From: Planctomycetota bacterium
Lineage (GTDB): Bacteria > Planctomycetota > Planctomycetia > Pirellulales > Pirellulaceae
Length of the DNA stretch: 64,000 nucleotides
Assembly: GCA_036150515.1 (NCBI GenBank)
Contig: JAYZPA010000115.1
Coordinates: 1,644 to 65,643 of the forward strand
Direction: 5' to 3'
The position numbers were made by a program, and so were the translations under genes. Below, piece after piece: positions 19,186-29,016 of this stretch (position 1 is the stretch's first letter; each line of letters starts with the position of its first letter). Below the pieces are notes generated by a model, which saw only the letters and a program-made list of their open reading frames with translations, was not told where the DNA came from and did no database searches.

Positions 19186-19803
19186 ATGCCGGAACAAGTG
19201 TTGGTGTTAGGTACTCACAATCAGAAAAAGAGACGGGAACTTGAGTTGCTTCTTTCGCCTCTTGGGCTCACCCTGATCACACTTGATGATCTGGACAATG
19301 CGATCGAAGTGGAAGAGACGGGAACGACCTTTGCCGAAAATGCAGCATTGAAAGCGTCACAGCAAGCACAGCATTTAGGGCACTGGGTATTAGGGGAGGA
19401 CAGTGGTTTGTCGGTGATTCCCCTAAACAATGAACCGGGAGTGTATTCTGCCCGTTACAGCGGTGATTCGGCAACGGATCAATCGAACAATCAAAAGTTG
19501 CTGGCGGAGCTGGGGGATCTTCCACTCGATCAGCGACAGGCGTTCTATACCTGCCATATGGCCATCTCCGATCCTACCGGCGAGATCCGTATTCAATGTG
19601 AAGAGGTTTGCCGGGGTCGGATTCGTAAGGTGGCCGCGGGGGAGAATGGATTTGGATACGATCCGTTATTTGAAATCCCGGAATATCATAAGACGTTTGG
19701 TGAATTGGGTACGGCGGTTAAATCGGTTTTAAGCCACCGGGCACGTGCGATTCGCCGTATTGTGCCGGAAATTAAGGCATTGGTCGCCACCGGGGATCTG
19801 TAA
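19186..19803 (+). CDS. rdgB: RdgB/HAM1 family non-canonical purine NTP pyrophosphatase
   Basis: ORF 19150..19803 with an ATG at 19186 (MPEQVLVLGTHNQKKRRELE). Motifs are EETGTTFAENAALKA, EDSGL, FGYDPLF and SHRARA. Confidence 0.88.
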   Translation: MPEQVLVLGTHNQKKRRELELLLSPLGLTLITLDDLDNAIEVEETGTTFAENAALKASQQAQHLGHWVLGEDSGLSVIPLNNEPGVYSARYSGDSATDQSNNQKLLAELGDLPLDQRQAFYTCHMAISDPTGEIRIQCEEVCRGRIRKVAAGENGFGYDPLFEIPEYHKTFGELGTAVKSVLSHRARAIRRIVPEIKALVATGDL

Positions 19804-19881
19804 ATCGGTCTTCCCCTGAGTCACGTGGGTTTGTTAATCTGGCCACCCGCATGTCCACTGTTTTATTACTCAGGTGTACGC

Positions 19882-20997
19882 ATGAAGACGAAATCGATCC
19901 TGTTACTTTTCGTGGTCAGTCTGTTGGTGGGTTCTTTGGGGGAATCTGTGGTACGGGCTGAATCGCCGTTTGACTATCTGATTTTTCCATTTAAGAAAGT
20001 GGATGCGGATCCCCAGGCAGATTATCGGGTCACGGAGAAGCAGGGACCCTGGATGGTCTTGGCAACGTCTTTTCACGGGTATGGTGCAGAGCAACTGGCG
20101 CAGTCATTAGTTCTGGAATTGCGACGGGATTTCAAGCTCGAAGCATTCAGCCATCGCCGTAGTTATGATTTTACAAATCGAGTTCAGGGTCGCGGAGTAG
20201 ACAAGTTTGGAAAGCCGAAGACGATGGTTTATTCCAAAGGTCACAAATTTGACGAAATAGCGGTCATGATCGGCAACTTTGAGTCGGTGCAATCTGAGGA
20301 TGCACAGGAATTGCTTGAGAAGGTCAAGACCATGCAACCGAAGTGCTTGAATCGCACAGAAGAGGAAGGGACCTCTCAGGTGTATGCTGGTTTACGCATG
20401 TTGCAAAACAAAATAAATCTCAATCCGGAACGGCATCACCGAGGACCGATGGGTCGGGCCTTCATCACGCGCAATCCCCTCATTCCGGATGAGTACTTTA
20501 CTCAGAACGCGCTGGATCCGTTTGTTGAACGACTGAATGACGGAGTGGAATACAGTTTGCTTGATAATCCCGGTAAATACACAGTTCAGGTGGCGACGTT
20601 TCGGGGTAAGGTGGTTTATGACATTGAGAAAAGTTATGACAAGAATGCAAAAGTCACGGATGCATTGGTTCAGGCAGGAGAGGATGCACATCAACTGGTG
20701 GTCGCGTTAAGGAAGCAGAATATTGAAGCTTACGAATATCATGACCGAAATGAAAGTGTGGTCACGGTGGGTAGTTTTGATCAGATCGGGGTCCGTCAGC
20801 TCGACGGCAAGATTAATCTTAATCCGCGGGTATATGCGGTCATGAATATCTATAAAGCTCAACGGGTCAAGCTTAATCAAAGTGACCAATTCGGTTTACG
20901 GCCACGAACCCTGAACGGAATACCATTTGATATCCAGCCTCGACCGGCATTTGTTCCCAAACGTAGTATTGGCTCGAGCTTTCTCAGCAGGTTTTAG
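19882..20997 (+). CDS. Secreted hypothetical protein with two SPOR-like segments (tentative)
   Basis: ORF 19825..20997. The ATG at 19882 gives the signal peptide MKTKSILLLFVVSLLVGSLGESVVRA. The domain call is by pattern only. Confidence 0.6.
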   Translation: MKTKSILLLFVVSLLVGSLGESVVRAESPFDYLIFPFKKVDADPQADYRVTEKQGPWMVLATSFHGYGAEQLAQSLVLELRRDFKLEAFSHRRSYDFTNRVQGRGVDKFGKPKTMVYSKGHKFDEIAVMIGNFESVQSEDAQELLEKVKTMQPKCLNRTEEEGTSQVYAGLRMLQNKINLNPERHHRGPMGRAFITRNPLIPDEYFTQNALDPFVERLNDGVEYSLLDNPGKYTVQVATFRGKVVYDIEKSYDKNAKVTDALVQAGEDAHQLVVALRKQNIEAYEYHDRNESVVTVGSFDQIGVRQLDGKINLNPRVYAVMNIYKAQRVKLNQSDQFGLRPRTLNGIPFDIQPRPAFVPKRSIGSSFLSRF

Positions 20998-22306
20998 AGT
21001 CAGTACGGTTCACCAGCGAACCGATCACCCTGTCTGCCAGAACCTCGGTTGCGAGCACCGGCATGAGCTGACCGATGGCAAGATCCTGATTGGTGGGTCC
21101 CTGAAATTCAACGGGTGCGTAACGGCATGATGTTCCCACCACTGCGGAGCTCTGTTCGCGGCCTGCGGATTCAACCAGAACTTCCAGTTGTTTGCCGATC
21201 AGACTCTGGTAATACTCCTGCTGTAACTCGTTGGCGAGTGCCTTGATTTCTGCGCCGCGCTGCTTCTTTATCGCTTTGGGTATTTGTTCTTTCATATCAG
21301 CAGCGGGAGTGCCACGGCGAGCCGAGAAGGGGAATACATGTATTTTGGAGAAGGCAGCCGTGCGGATGGTTGCCAGCGTTTCCTGAAATTCCTGAACGGT
21401 TTCCCCCGGAAAACCGACAATGACATCCGTTGTCAGTGCCGGGTTATCCAGCGTTTCACGAACCAGGCGGCAGCGTTGTAAGAAGGTTTGTGTACTCCAG
21501 CGTCGTCGCATTCTTCGTAGAACAGCATCGGATCCGCTTTGCAAGCAAAGATGCATATGAGGTACGATTTTCCGTGGAAATTCGGCCATGACCGCGATCA
21601 ATTCACGAGTCACTTCGGTTGCTTCAATACTGGAAATACGAATTCGGAATTCACCGGGAAGTTGGGCGATTTGGCGAGTCAGGTCGGCAAGTCGAATCCA
21701 TTGGTTCCGGGGCTTATGAATGTTCCAGTCAACCCCGTAATGACCGATATGGACCCCTGTCAGGACCAGTTCACGGTAACCGTTATCGATCAATCGACGG
21801 GCTTCTTCCAGAATAGGTTCCACAGGTCGGCTTGTTAGTTCTGGACGAACATGAGGAATAATACAATAGCTGCATCGCAATAAACAGCCATCCTGAATTT
21901 TGATATAGGCACGATGGCGATTTCCAAAATTCGAGATGCCGCTGGGAATATCGATTACACCGAATCGCCCCAGAATATCAGGTAGCTCGCGTTTATCCGT
22001 AACGACTTCAGCGACATTGGGCAGGGCTTTCACTTCCTCCGGTGCCCGTGTAGCATAACAACCCATTACCAGAATACGTGAATCCGGATTTTCTCGCGCC
22101 AGCTGCCGAATGGCTTTACGGCTTTTGGAATCTCCTTCATTGGTCACGGTACATGTATTGACGATACATAATTCCGCGGGTTCTTCACGGGGAACTTCTT
22201 CGTAGCCCACCAACTCAAGTCCTTCGCGCAAATACTGCGTTTCATATTGATTCAGTTTACAGCCGAGCGTAATGGATTTGAGTTTTCCGGTCATAGGATG
22301 GATCAA
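20984..22306 (-). CDS. mtaB: Radical-SAM methylthiotransferase, MtaB-like (MiaB/RimO family)
   Basis: The N-terminal MTTase domain is TLGCKLNQYETQ...IVNTCTVT. The radical SAM cluster is QDGCLLRCSYCIIP. A C-terminal TRAM-like region is present. Confidence 0.8.
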   Translation of the reverse strand: MIHPMTGKLKSITLGCKLNQYETQYLREGLELVGYEEVPREEPAELCIVNTCTVTNEGDSKSRKAIRQLARENPDSRILVMGCYATRAPEEVKALPNVAEVVTDKRELPDILGRFGVIDIPSGISNFGNRHRAYIKIQDGCLLRCSYCIIPHVRPELTSRPVEPILEEARRLIDNGYRELVLTGVHIGHYGVDWNIHKPRNQWIRLADLTRQIAQLPGEFRIRISSIEATEVTRELIAVMAEFPRKIVPHMHLCLQSGSDAVLRRMRRRWSTQTFLQRCRLVRETLDNPALTTDVIVGFPGETVQEFQETLATIRTAAFSKIHVFPFSARRGTPAADMKEQIPKAIKKQRGAEIKALANELQQEYYQSLIGKQLEVLVESAGREQSSAVVGTSCRYAPVEFQGPTNQDLAIGQLMPVLATEVLADRVIGSLVNRTDSKTC

Positions 22307-22312
22307 GTTCGT

Positions 22313-22666
22313 TTATTGAACTGCCTCAATGGTGGCGGACATGGAACCTTGGCATTGATCCACAAGGTGATCGCTTCCGAAGCTATGGATTTGGTCGCGT
22401 TTCAATTCAGCATGTTCCAAAGTGGTTGTCAGACAGACGGCCTTGCCATCTTCGTCCACTTTGGTGGCAAGGGTATAGCCCTTTTCGACGGGAAACCCAA
22501 ACAGTATTTTCAGCATCTCGATGACATATTCGTAGGTGTGGTCGTCGTCATTCCATAGCACAACGTTGAAGCGTGGCTGACGCTTGGTCTGTCTCTGTTT
22601 TTGCCTGACCGGAGTGGGAATGGCAAGTGGGGGTGCTGAATCCGACATAACCGGGTTGGCTTTCAA
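22313..22666 (-). CDS. clpS: ATP-dependent Clp protease adaptor ClpS
   Basis: The core FNVVLWNDDDHTYEYVIEMLKILFG is characteristic of ClpS. Confidence 0.9.
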   Translation of the reverse strand: MKANPVMSDSAPPLAIPTPVRQKQRQTKRQPRFNVVLWNDDDHTYEYVIEMLKILFGFPVEKGYTLATKVDEDGKAVCLTTTLEHAELKRDQIHSFGSDHLVDQCQGSMSATIEAVQ

Positions 22667-22846
22667 AAGGTAATTGAGATGGACTCCAATAGCCGAGGGG
22701 CCGTGAAGTGATTATATTGTACGTCTTGGCGGTCGGAAAGGCTCCCTGTACTTGCCATCGTTTGGTAAAAGGAGGATGGGGAGCGGCAGGACACCAGGGC
22801 TCTGAATGAAATCGAATGGGTGCTTTAATCGGTGATGGGGATCAGC

Positions 22847-24226
22847 ATGATAGAAATTGAAAAGTATCTGGATGATCATCGCGCGCGTAATGAGAGTGAG
22901 TTGTTTGACCTTTTGCGTATTGCCAGTGTCAGCACGGACAGTCAATATTCATCGGAAGTGGCGAAGGCGGGGCACTGGGTGGCTTCTCAGTTTGAGGCAC
23001 TGGGTTTTGAAACCGAGGTGGTTCGGACTCAGGGGCATCCGATTGTGTACGCCGAGACGCCAGCGGTGGCTGGAGCGCCCGTCGTGCTGGTCTATGGTCA
23101 TTATGATGTTCAGCCACCGGATCCGCTCGATCAGTGGCAAACTCCGCCCTTTGAGCCGACGGTTCGTGACGGAAATGTTTATGCACGAGGTGCGACGGAT
23201 GATAAGGGTCAGATGTTAACTCATATCAAAAGTGCTCAGGCCTGGATAGAAACGAAGGGTCAGCTTCCGATCCAGATTAAGTACATTATTGAAGGTGAAG
23301 AGGAGTGTGGCAGTTCCAATCTGGAACCATTCCTGCTGGATTTCCGTGAGCGATTAACCTGTGATATTGCTGTGATCAGTGATACCAGTCAGTTTGCGCA
23401 GGATCAGCCGGCAATTACCTACGGATTAAAAGGGATTGTTTATTTCGAAGTTTTCCTTACCGGACCGGAACAGGATTTACATTCGGGTACATTCGGCGGC
23501 GCCGTTTACAATCCGGTCAACGCGTTGACACAAATGCTGGGAAAACTAGTGAATGATGAGGGTCGCATTCAGATTCCCGGTTTTTATGATGAGGTGATTG
23601 AATTAGATCAGCAGGAAAGGGAGCAGTTTGCTGCATTGCCGTTTTCCGAAGACCAGTTTAAACAGCAGTTGGGAATTGAAGAGGTACACGGCGAAGTAGG
23701 GTTTACAACTCTGGAACGGCGATGGGCCCGACCCACGTGTGACCTCAACGGTATCTGGGGGGGGTATCAGGGTGAGGGAGCCAAGACGGTACTTCCGGGA
23801 TGTGCCGGAGCCAAATTCAGCTTTCGCTTAGTCCCGGCACAGGATCCGGAGAAAATCCAGGCGGCAGTAAAACAGTTCCTTGAAGATGCCCTGCCGGCGG
23901 GCATTAAGATGGAGTTCATTCATCATCACGGTGCGCCGGGAGTCGTGGTGGATCTTCATAGCCCATATATGAGCGCGGCTGCCACTGCAATTGAACAGGG
24001 TTTTGGGAAACCACCGGTTTTTATACGTGAAGGAGGCTCCATACCGGTCGTCAGTGCCTTTCGGGAATTACTTGAAGTCGATACGTTACTATTAGGGTGG
24101 GGTTTGGACGATGATAATACCCACGGCCCCAACGAGAAGTTTTCGTTACTGGATTTTTACCGTGGTACGAAAGCGAGTGCGAATTTGTGGCAGGAAATCA
24201 GTAAAATTACGACGGCAATCCAATAG
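22847..24226 (+). CDS. M20 family metallopeptidase (dipeptidase)
   Basis: ORF 22832..24226; the ATG at 22847 gives MIEIEKYLDDH. Motifs are YGHYDVQP, GRGATDDKGQ, EGEEECGS and a C-terminal HGPNEKF. Confidence 0.85.
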   Translation: MIEIEKYLDDHRARNESELFDLLRIASVSTDSQYSSEVAKAGHWVASQFEALGFETEVVRTQGHPIVYAETPAVAGAPVVLVYGHYDVQPPDPLDQWQTPPFEPTVRDGNVYARGATDDKGQMLTHIKSAQAWIETKGQLPIQIKYIIEGEEECGSSNLEPFLLDFRERLTCDIAVISDTSQFAQDQPAITYGLKGIVYFEVFLTGPEQDLHSGTFGGAVYNPVNALTQMLGKLVNDEGRIQIPGFYDEVIELDQQEREQFAALPFSEDQFKQQLGIEEVHGEVGFTTLERRWARPTCDLNGIWGGYQGEGAKTVLPGCAGAKFSFRLVPAQDPEKIQAAVKQFLEDALPAGIKMEFIHHHGAPGVVVDLHSPYMSAAATAIEQGFGKPPVFIREGGSIPVVSAFRELLEVDTLLLGWGLDDDNTHGPNEKFSLLDFYRGTKASANLWQEISKITTAIQ

Positions 24227-24249
24227 ATACTGTATGGGAATGATGCTTG

Positions 24250-25527
24250 ATGCTTGATCGAAAATACATCGTTGAAAATGCGGAGGCGGTTGCCAGAAAT
24301 TGTGAACTGCGGGGCGCTCATGCCGAAGTGACTCAGCTTGTGGAGCTGGAAGGCCAGCGTCGCCAGTTGCTACAGGATGTTGAAGCGTTGAATCGGGCTG
24401 CGAACGAAGTCTCTAAGACCATCGGTCAGGCCGATTCGGATGAAGAACGTGAAAGTCGAAAGACGGAGGGTCGCCGATTACGCTCGGAAAAAGATGCGTG
24501 CCAGGCTCAACATGATGCCCTGGAAGATCAAATTGTCGAATTACAGGCAGCCATTCCTAATCTGACGCACCCCGATGCTCCGGTCGGTGCAGATGACAAA
24601 TCGAATCTGGAGATTCGACAGGGTAGTCATACTCCGCGGGAATTTGAATTCCCGGTTCTGGATCATGTGGAGCTGGGCGAAAAACATGATTTGCTCGATT
24701 TTGAAGCCGGGGCGCGGATTGCCGGTCACGGGTTCTACTTTCTGAAAAATGATGCGGTTCTTCTGGAACTTGCATTGCAGCAGTATGCAGTAAGTCACCT
24801 CGCTGAAAACGGGTTTACTCCCGTGATCACACCGGATCTGGCCTATACCGAGATTCTCCAGGGCACCGGCTACATTCCTCGAGGGCCAGAGACCCAGATT
24901 TATAGTATAGAAAATTCAAATCTGAATCTGATTGCCACCGCTGAGATCCCCCTGGGCGGGATGCTGGCGGGCGAGACCGTCGACAGCGACGAGTTACCAC
25001 TGAAAATGTGCGGAATCAGCCATTGTTTTCGGACGGAAGCGGGAGCGGCCGGCCGGGCCACCCGCGGGCTCTACCGGGTACATCAGTTCACAAAGATTGA
25101 AATGTTCGCTTTCACTTTACCCGAACAGAGTACCGATATGCTGGAAGAGTTTTGTCAAATCGAATGTGACCTCTTCGATCAACTGGGGATTCCCTATCGC
25201 GTGGTGGATACGGCCACAGGAGACCTTGGAGGGCCCGCTTATCGCAAATATGATCTGGAAGCCTGGATGCCTGGTCGAGGTGAGGGTGGGGAATGGGGAG
25301 AAGTGACCAGTACGTCCAATTGCACGGATTATCAGGCGCGGCGGCTTAATGCCCGGTACAAAGTTAAAGGGGAAAAGGGGACGCAGTATCTCCATACGCT
25401 CAACGGAACCGCCATTGCCATTAGTCGGGCATTGATTGCTGTGCTGGAAAATAATCAACAGGCAGACGGTTCCATTGTCGTACCAGACGTGCTTCGCGGC
25501 ATTCTGGGAAAAGAGGTTATCGGTTAA
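24250..25527 (+). CDS. serS: Serine--tRNA ligase
   Basis: The N-terminal MLDRKYIVEN precedes a coiled-coil arm. The class II motifs are FRTEAGAAGRATRGLYRVHQF and LNGTAIAISRALIAVLEN. The ORF track starts at the TTG at 24247; the ATG is at 24250. Confidence 0.95.
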   Translation: MLDRKYIVENAEAVARNCELRGAHAEVTQLVELEGQRRQLLQDVEALNRAANEVSKTIGQADSDEERESRKTEGRRLRSEKDACQAQHDALEDQIVELQAAIPNLTHPDAPVGADDKSNLEIRQGSHTPREFEFPVLDHVELGEKHDLLDFEAGARIAGHGFYFLKNDAVLLELALQQYAVSHLAENGFTPVITPDLAYTEILQGTGYIPRGPETQIYSIENSNLNLIATAEIPLGGMLAGETVDSDELPLKMCGISHCFRTEAGAAGRATRGLYRVHQFTKIEMFAFTLPEQSTDMLEEFCQIECDLFDQLGIPYRVVDTATGDLGGPAYRKYDLEAWMPGRGEGGEWGEVTSTSNCTDYQARRLNARYKVKGEKGTQYLHTLNGTAIAISRALIAVLENNQQADGSIVVPDVLRGILGKEVIG

Positions 25528-26882
25528 TCCAGTGCGTTGAGCGCCTGCTCACACATCTGGACCGCTTGCGGCAGGGTCGGAGCTTCTGCAATTGCCCGAA
25601 CCAGAGGTTCCGTATTGCTGGGTCGTAATATTAACCAGCGACCGTCTTTCCATCTTAGCTTCAAACCATCGGTCCAGTCCGGCTCAGCGTCTGGAAATTG
25701 TTCGGGCAAGGATTGCAGGCCCGCTGCCAGGTCAAAATCACCAACCTCTCGTGTGGCCTTGTGGATGGAACAGGTCGGTAACGTACGGACGATCTCGCTG
25801 AGAGACTGGTCACGTCGCGCCATTAAATCCAGGACTCTCACGATTCCTACAAAACTATCGCGTATGAGCCCCACCAGAGGGTCAATTGGTCCTCCATTGC
25901 CTTCACCTCCGAAAACGGCACCGGTAGCGATCATCTTCTCCACAACGTTGGCCTCTCCCACAGCGGATTCATAACAGCTGCATTGATGGGCTTCGGCAAT
26001 TTGGTGATTCATGCCACTGCTGGCACAATTGATCACCACATTACCCGGACTTTCGGTAAGACGTTGTTCAATACACAAAGCCAGTGTGTATTCTTCACCA
26101 ATATAACGACCCTGCTCATCGATCAGAGCCAATCGATCTGCATCGGGATCCTGACAAAACCCGATATCACAGGATTCCGTCAGGACGTGTTGGGCTACGG
26201 ATTGAAGATTCTGAGCCGTCGGTTCCGGTGGATGAGAAAACTGGCCATCCGGTGTTTCCCCGAGTAGGGTGAGTTGGCAGTTTAGATGCTGTAGCAAACG
26301 TATTCCCAGTGGGGACCCGGCACCATGATTGCTGTCCAGCAGGACGTGAAATGCCGATTGCTGAATCGCCGTGACATCGATCGTTTCCAACAGGGCTTTC
26401 AAATGAGGGTCATGAGGCTTACTCAGCTGTGTCGCCTGCGATCCGGATTCAGTCGCAGACGATGTTGGATCTAATCGATTCTGATAGTTCTGTAAGACCT
26501 GATCTGCCTGGGCCTGATTGAGGATCTGACCCTGAGGGCTGTAGAGCTTCATTCCGTTGTAGGGAAGTGGATTGTGGCTGGCCGTAATTTGGATTCCTCC
26601 GGCAGCTTGCTGTTGCCGGATTTGGATGCCAAGGCTGGGAGTAGCCAGAATTCCACCATAGAAGACATCTCTTCCGTGGGAGGTGATGATTGTCTGGATT
26701 TGTTCGGCAATGTCCGAGCCACTGTCGCGTCCGTCACGACCGACGATAAGCGGACCCGGAATATCAGCGTCATCGAGGAATCTCAAATACGCCGCAGTAA
26801 AACGTTGTATCAGCTGGGGTGTGAGTGAAGTGCCTACGATTCCTCGTAGTCCACTGACGCTCATGATCGGTTTGGGTGTCAT
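25524..26882 (-). CDS. Phosphohexomutase family protein (GlmM / phosphomannomutase-like)
   Basis: The active-site loop is GIQITASHNPLPYNGMK. The metal loop is FCQDPDADR and the sugar loop is GGEGNGG. Confidence 0.85.
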   Translation of the reverse strand: MTPKPIMSVSGLRGIVGTSLTPQLIQRFTAAYLRFLDDADIPGPLIVGRDGRDSGSDIAEQIQTIITSHGRDVFYGGILATPSLGIQIRQQQAAGGIQITASHNPLPYNGMKLYSPQGQILNQAQADQVLQNYQNRLDPTSSATESGSQATQLSKPHDPHLKALLETIDVTAIQQSAFHVLLDSNHGAGSPLGIRLLQHLNCQLTLLGETPDGQFSHPPEPTAQNLQSVAQHVLTESCDIGFCQDPDADRLALIDEQGRYIGEEYTLALCIEQRLTESPGNVVINCASSGMNHQIAEAHQCSCYESAVGEANVVEKMIATGAVFGGEGNGGPIDPLVGLIRDSFVGIVRVLDLMARRDQSLSEIVRTLPTCSIHKATREVGDFDLAAGLQSLPEQFPDAEPDWTDGLKLRWKDGRWLILRPSNTEPLVRAIAEAPTLPQAVQMCEQALNALD

Positions 26883-27156
26883 TTTGAGATGGCTGGATAA
26901 ATTGAATATTAAGATAGGTCACGTGAATTCGTTTTGAAATGATAGTCAGAGACGGGTACCTGATGAAACACTGATCTGGTGACTGCAGCACTCGTTAGCT
27001 TTCGGTTTGAAGGTTCCTGAGGATAGCTTTTTGTGGGATGTTATCTGTGCTACGATTTTGCTATAGATTTGATAAACCATGAGGTGTCCATCGTACGGTT
27101 TACCGGGATCGGCGCTGGCATAGGATGTCCGTGGAATTCTTGTTGGATAGGACGTT

Positions 27157-27711
27157 ATGAATGCAATCAAGTGGATGGGTGCTCGGTTACTATTTGTGCC
27201 AACGCTAATTTGGAATGTACTGCTGGGTAAGGTCTTACGACTGCGACATTGGTGGGATTTTGTAGATGATCAGGTCATGGTGGGTGCATTTCCATTTTGG
27301 TTTGATGTTCCGGCATTGTCGAAACAGGGTGTCGAGGCGGTGGTGAACACCTGCAACGAGTACGCAGGTCCCGTCAAACAGTATCAACAGTACGGAATTG
27401 AGCAGCTGCGGGTTCCCACAATCGATTTTACGGCACCTTCCCTGGAGAGTGTGACCAAGGGGGTCGCGTTTATTACTGAGCATGTGGAGCAGGGTCATAA
27501 TGTTTATATCCACTGTAAAGCAGGACGTGGACGGAGTGCGACGGTCGCTCTGTGTTGGTTAATGTCCTATCGGGGTCTGAAGCCATGGCAGGCTCAACAA
27601 CAACTACTGGACAAACGCCCTCATGTGCATCGAACCTTGCCGGAGCGTCAGGTCGTCCAGCAATTCTGGGATCAATTACAGCAGCAGGCAACACAGCAAG
27701 TGAAGGATTAG
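27157..27711 (+). CDS. Dual-specificity phosphatase of the PTPMT1 type (candidate phosphatidylglycerophosphate phosphatase)
   Basis: An N-terminal hydrophobic anchor is followed by VVNTCNEY...GIEQLRVPTIDFTAPS...VYIHCKAGRGRSATVALCWLM (CX5R P-loop). As I remember it, human PTPMT1 has VHCKAGRSRSAT at this position. Confidence 0.7.
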   Translation: MNAIKWMGARLLFVPTLIWNVLLGKVLRLRHWWDFVDDQVMVGAFPFWFDVPALSKQGVEAVVNTCNEYAGPVKQYQQYGIEQLRVPTIDFTAPSLESVTKGVAFITEHVEQGHNVYIHCKAGRGRSATVALCWLMSYRGLKPWQAQQQLLDKRPHVHRTLPERQVVQQFWDQLQQQATQQVKD

Positions 27712-28940
27712 CTGAACAGCTGAATGGATTTTTGTAACGCCTGTACCAGAACATCGACATCGTCGCTGGTGTTGTAGAGATAAAAGCTAGCGCGGACGCT
27801 GGCTGGGATACCAAATCGTTGATGTAACGGCATGGCACAGTGATGTCCGGCGCGGATGGCCACACCCTGATTATCCAAAGCATGAGTTAAATCATGTGGA
27901 TGTACGTCGTCCACAGTAAAACTGATGATGCCCACTTTTTCTCCGGGCGGTGGGCCCAGAATGTGAAGCTGTGGGATTTCAGCAAGCTGTGTATGAGCAT
28001 ATTCCACAAGCGAATGGATGTGTTGTCTAATCGATTCAAATCCAATGGCCTGCAAATAGTCCAGTGCGGCAGGGAATGCCAATGCGGGCGAAATAGGTGG
28101 TGTGCCGGCCTCGAATTTTGCCGGCAAGGCGGCCAGTGTAAATCCGTCCTTCGTGACCGTATCGATCATACTGCCTCCGCCCATTAGCGGTGGCATCGCT
28201 TCCAACAGTCTCTCCCTGCCCCATAATACACCCAGACCCGAGGGGCCTGTCATTTTGTGAGCACTGAAGGCAACAAAGTCAGCCTCCAGACCGGCGACAT
28301 CCAGAGTTTGATGCGGAGCAGCCTGGGCTCCGTCCAGAACGGCGATTGCATCGACTTGATGAGCCAGTTCGATGATTTCCGCGGCGGGGGTAACGGTACC
28401 TAAAACATTAGAACACATCGTGAATGCCACAACGCTTGTATTGTCACACAATAGACTTTTGTAATGCTCTAGATCAACGTGGCCATCATCAGTAACCCCA
28501 ACCCAGCGAATCACAGCCCCGTTGCGTTGAGCCGCCTGCTGCCAGGGTACGATATTGGAATGGTGTTCCATTTCGGTAAGGATGATTTCACTACCTTCGG
28601 TGAGATTGGTATCCGACCAGCTACGGGCAACCAGATTGATTGCGGAAGTCGTCCCCGAGGTAAAGATTACTTCATTGGGATTCGTGGCACCGATAAACCG
28701 TGCCACCTGATCCCGGGCTCCTTCATAGAGCGCCGTGCTTTCATCACTTAACCAATGAGCTCCGCGATGCACATTGGCGTAGACGGTCGTGTCAATGTTA
28801 CTCAACGCGTCTATGACGACCTGGGGTTTTTGTGCCGAGGCGGCACTGTCCAGATAGACCAGAGGCTTGTCGCCATGAACGGTCTGTTGCAAGACAGGAA
28901 AATCAGATTTAATTTGGGTTGCGTCCAGCATAAGTACCAT
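27708..28940 (-). CDS. sufS: Cysteine desulfurase, SufS/CsdA subfamily
   Basis: Motifs are IKSDFPVL, YLDSAASAQKP, FSAHKMTGPSGLGVLWG (PLP lysine) and RAGHHCAMPL (catalytic Cys loop). An alternative start lies at 28931. Confidence 0.88.
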   Translation of the reverse strand: MVLMLDATQIKSDFPVLQQTVHGDKPLVYLDSAASAQKPQVVIDALSNIDTTVYANVHRGAHWLSDESTALYEGARDQVARFIGATNPNEVIFTSGTTSAINLVARSWSDTNLTEGSEIILTEMEHHSNIVPWQQAAQRNGAVIRWVGVTDDGHVDLEHYKSLLCDNTSVVAFTMCSNVLGTVTPAAEIIELAHQVDAIAVLDGAQAAPHQTLDVAGLEADFVAFSAHKMTGPSGLGVLWGRERLLEAMPPLMGGGSMIDTVTKDGFTLAALPAKFEAGTPPISPALAFPAALDYLQAIGFESIRQHIHSLVEYAHTQLAEIPQLHILGPPPGEKVGIISFTVDDVHPHDLTHALDNQGVAIRAGHHCAMPLHQRFGIPASVRASFYLYNTSDDVDVLVQALQKSIQLFS

Positions 28941-29016
28941 TACATTGATCGTGGTCGTACTGAATGAAAGTAGAATTCCCTTTCAGTTTAAACTCAATAT
29001 AGGGTTCCTGTAATCC

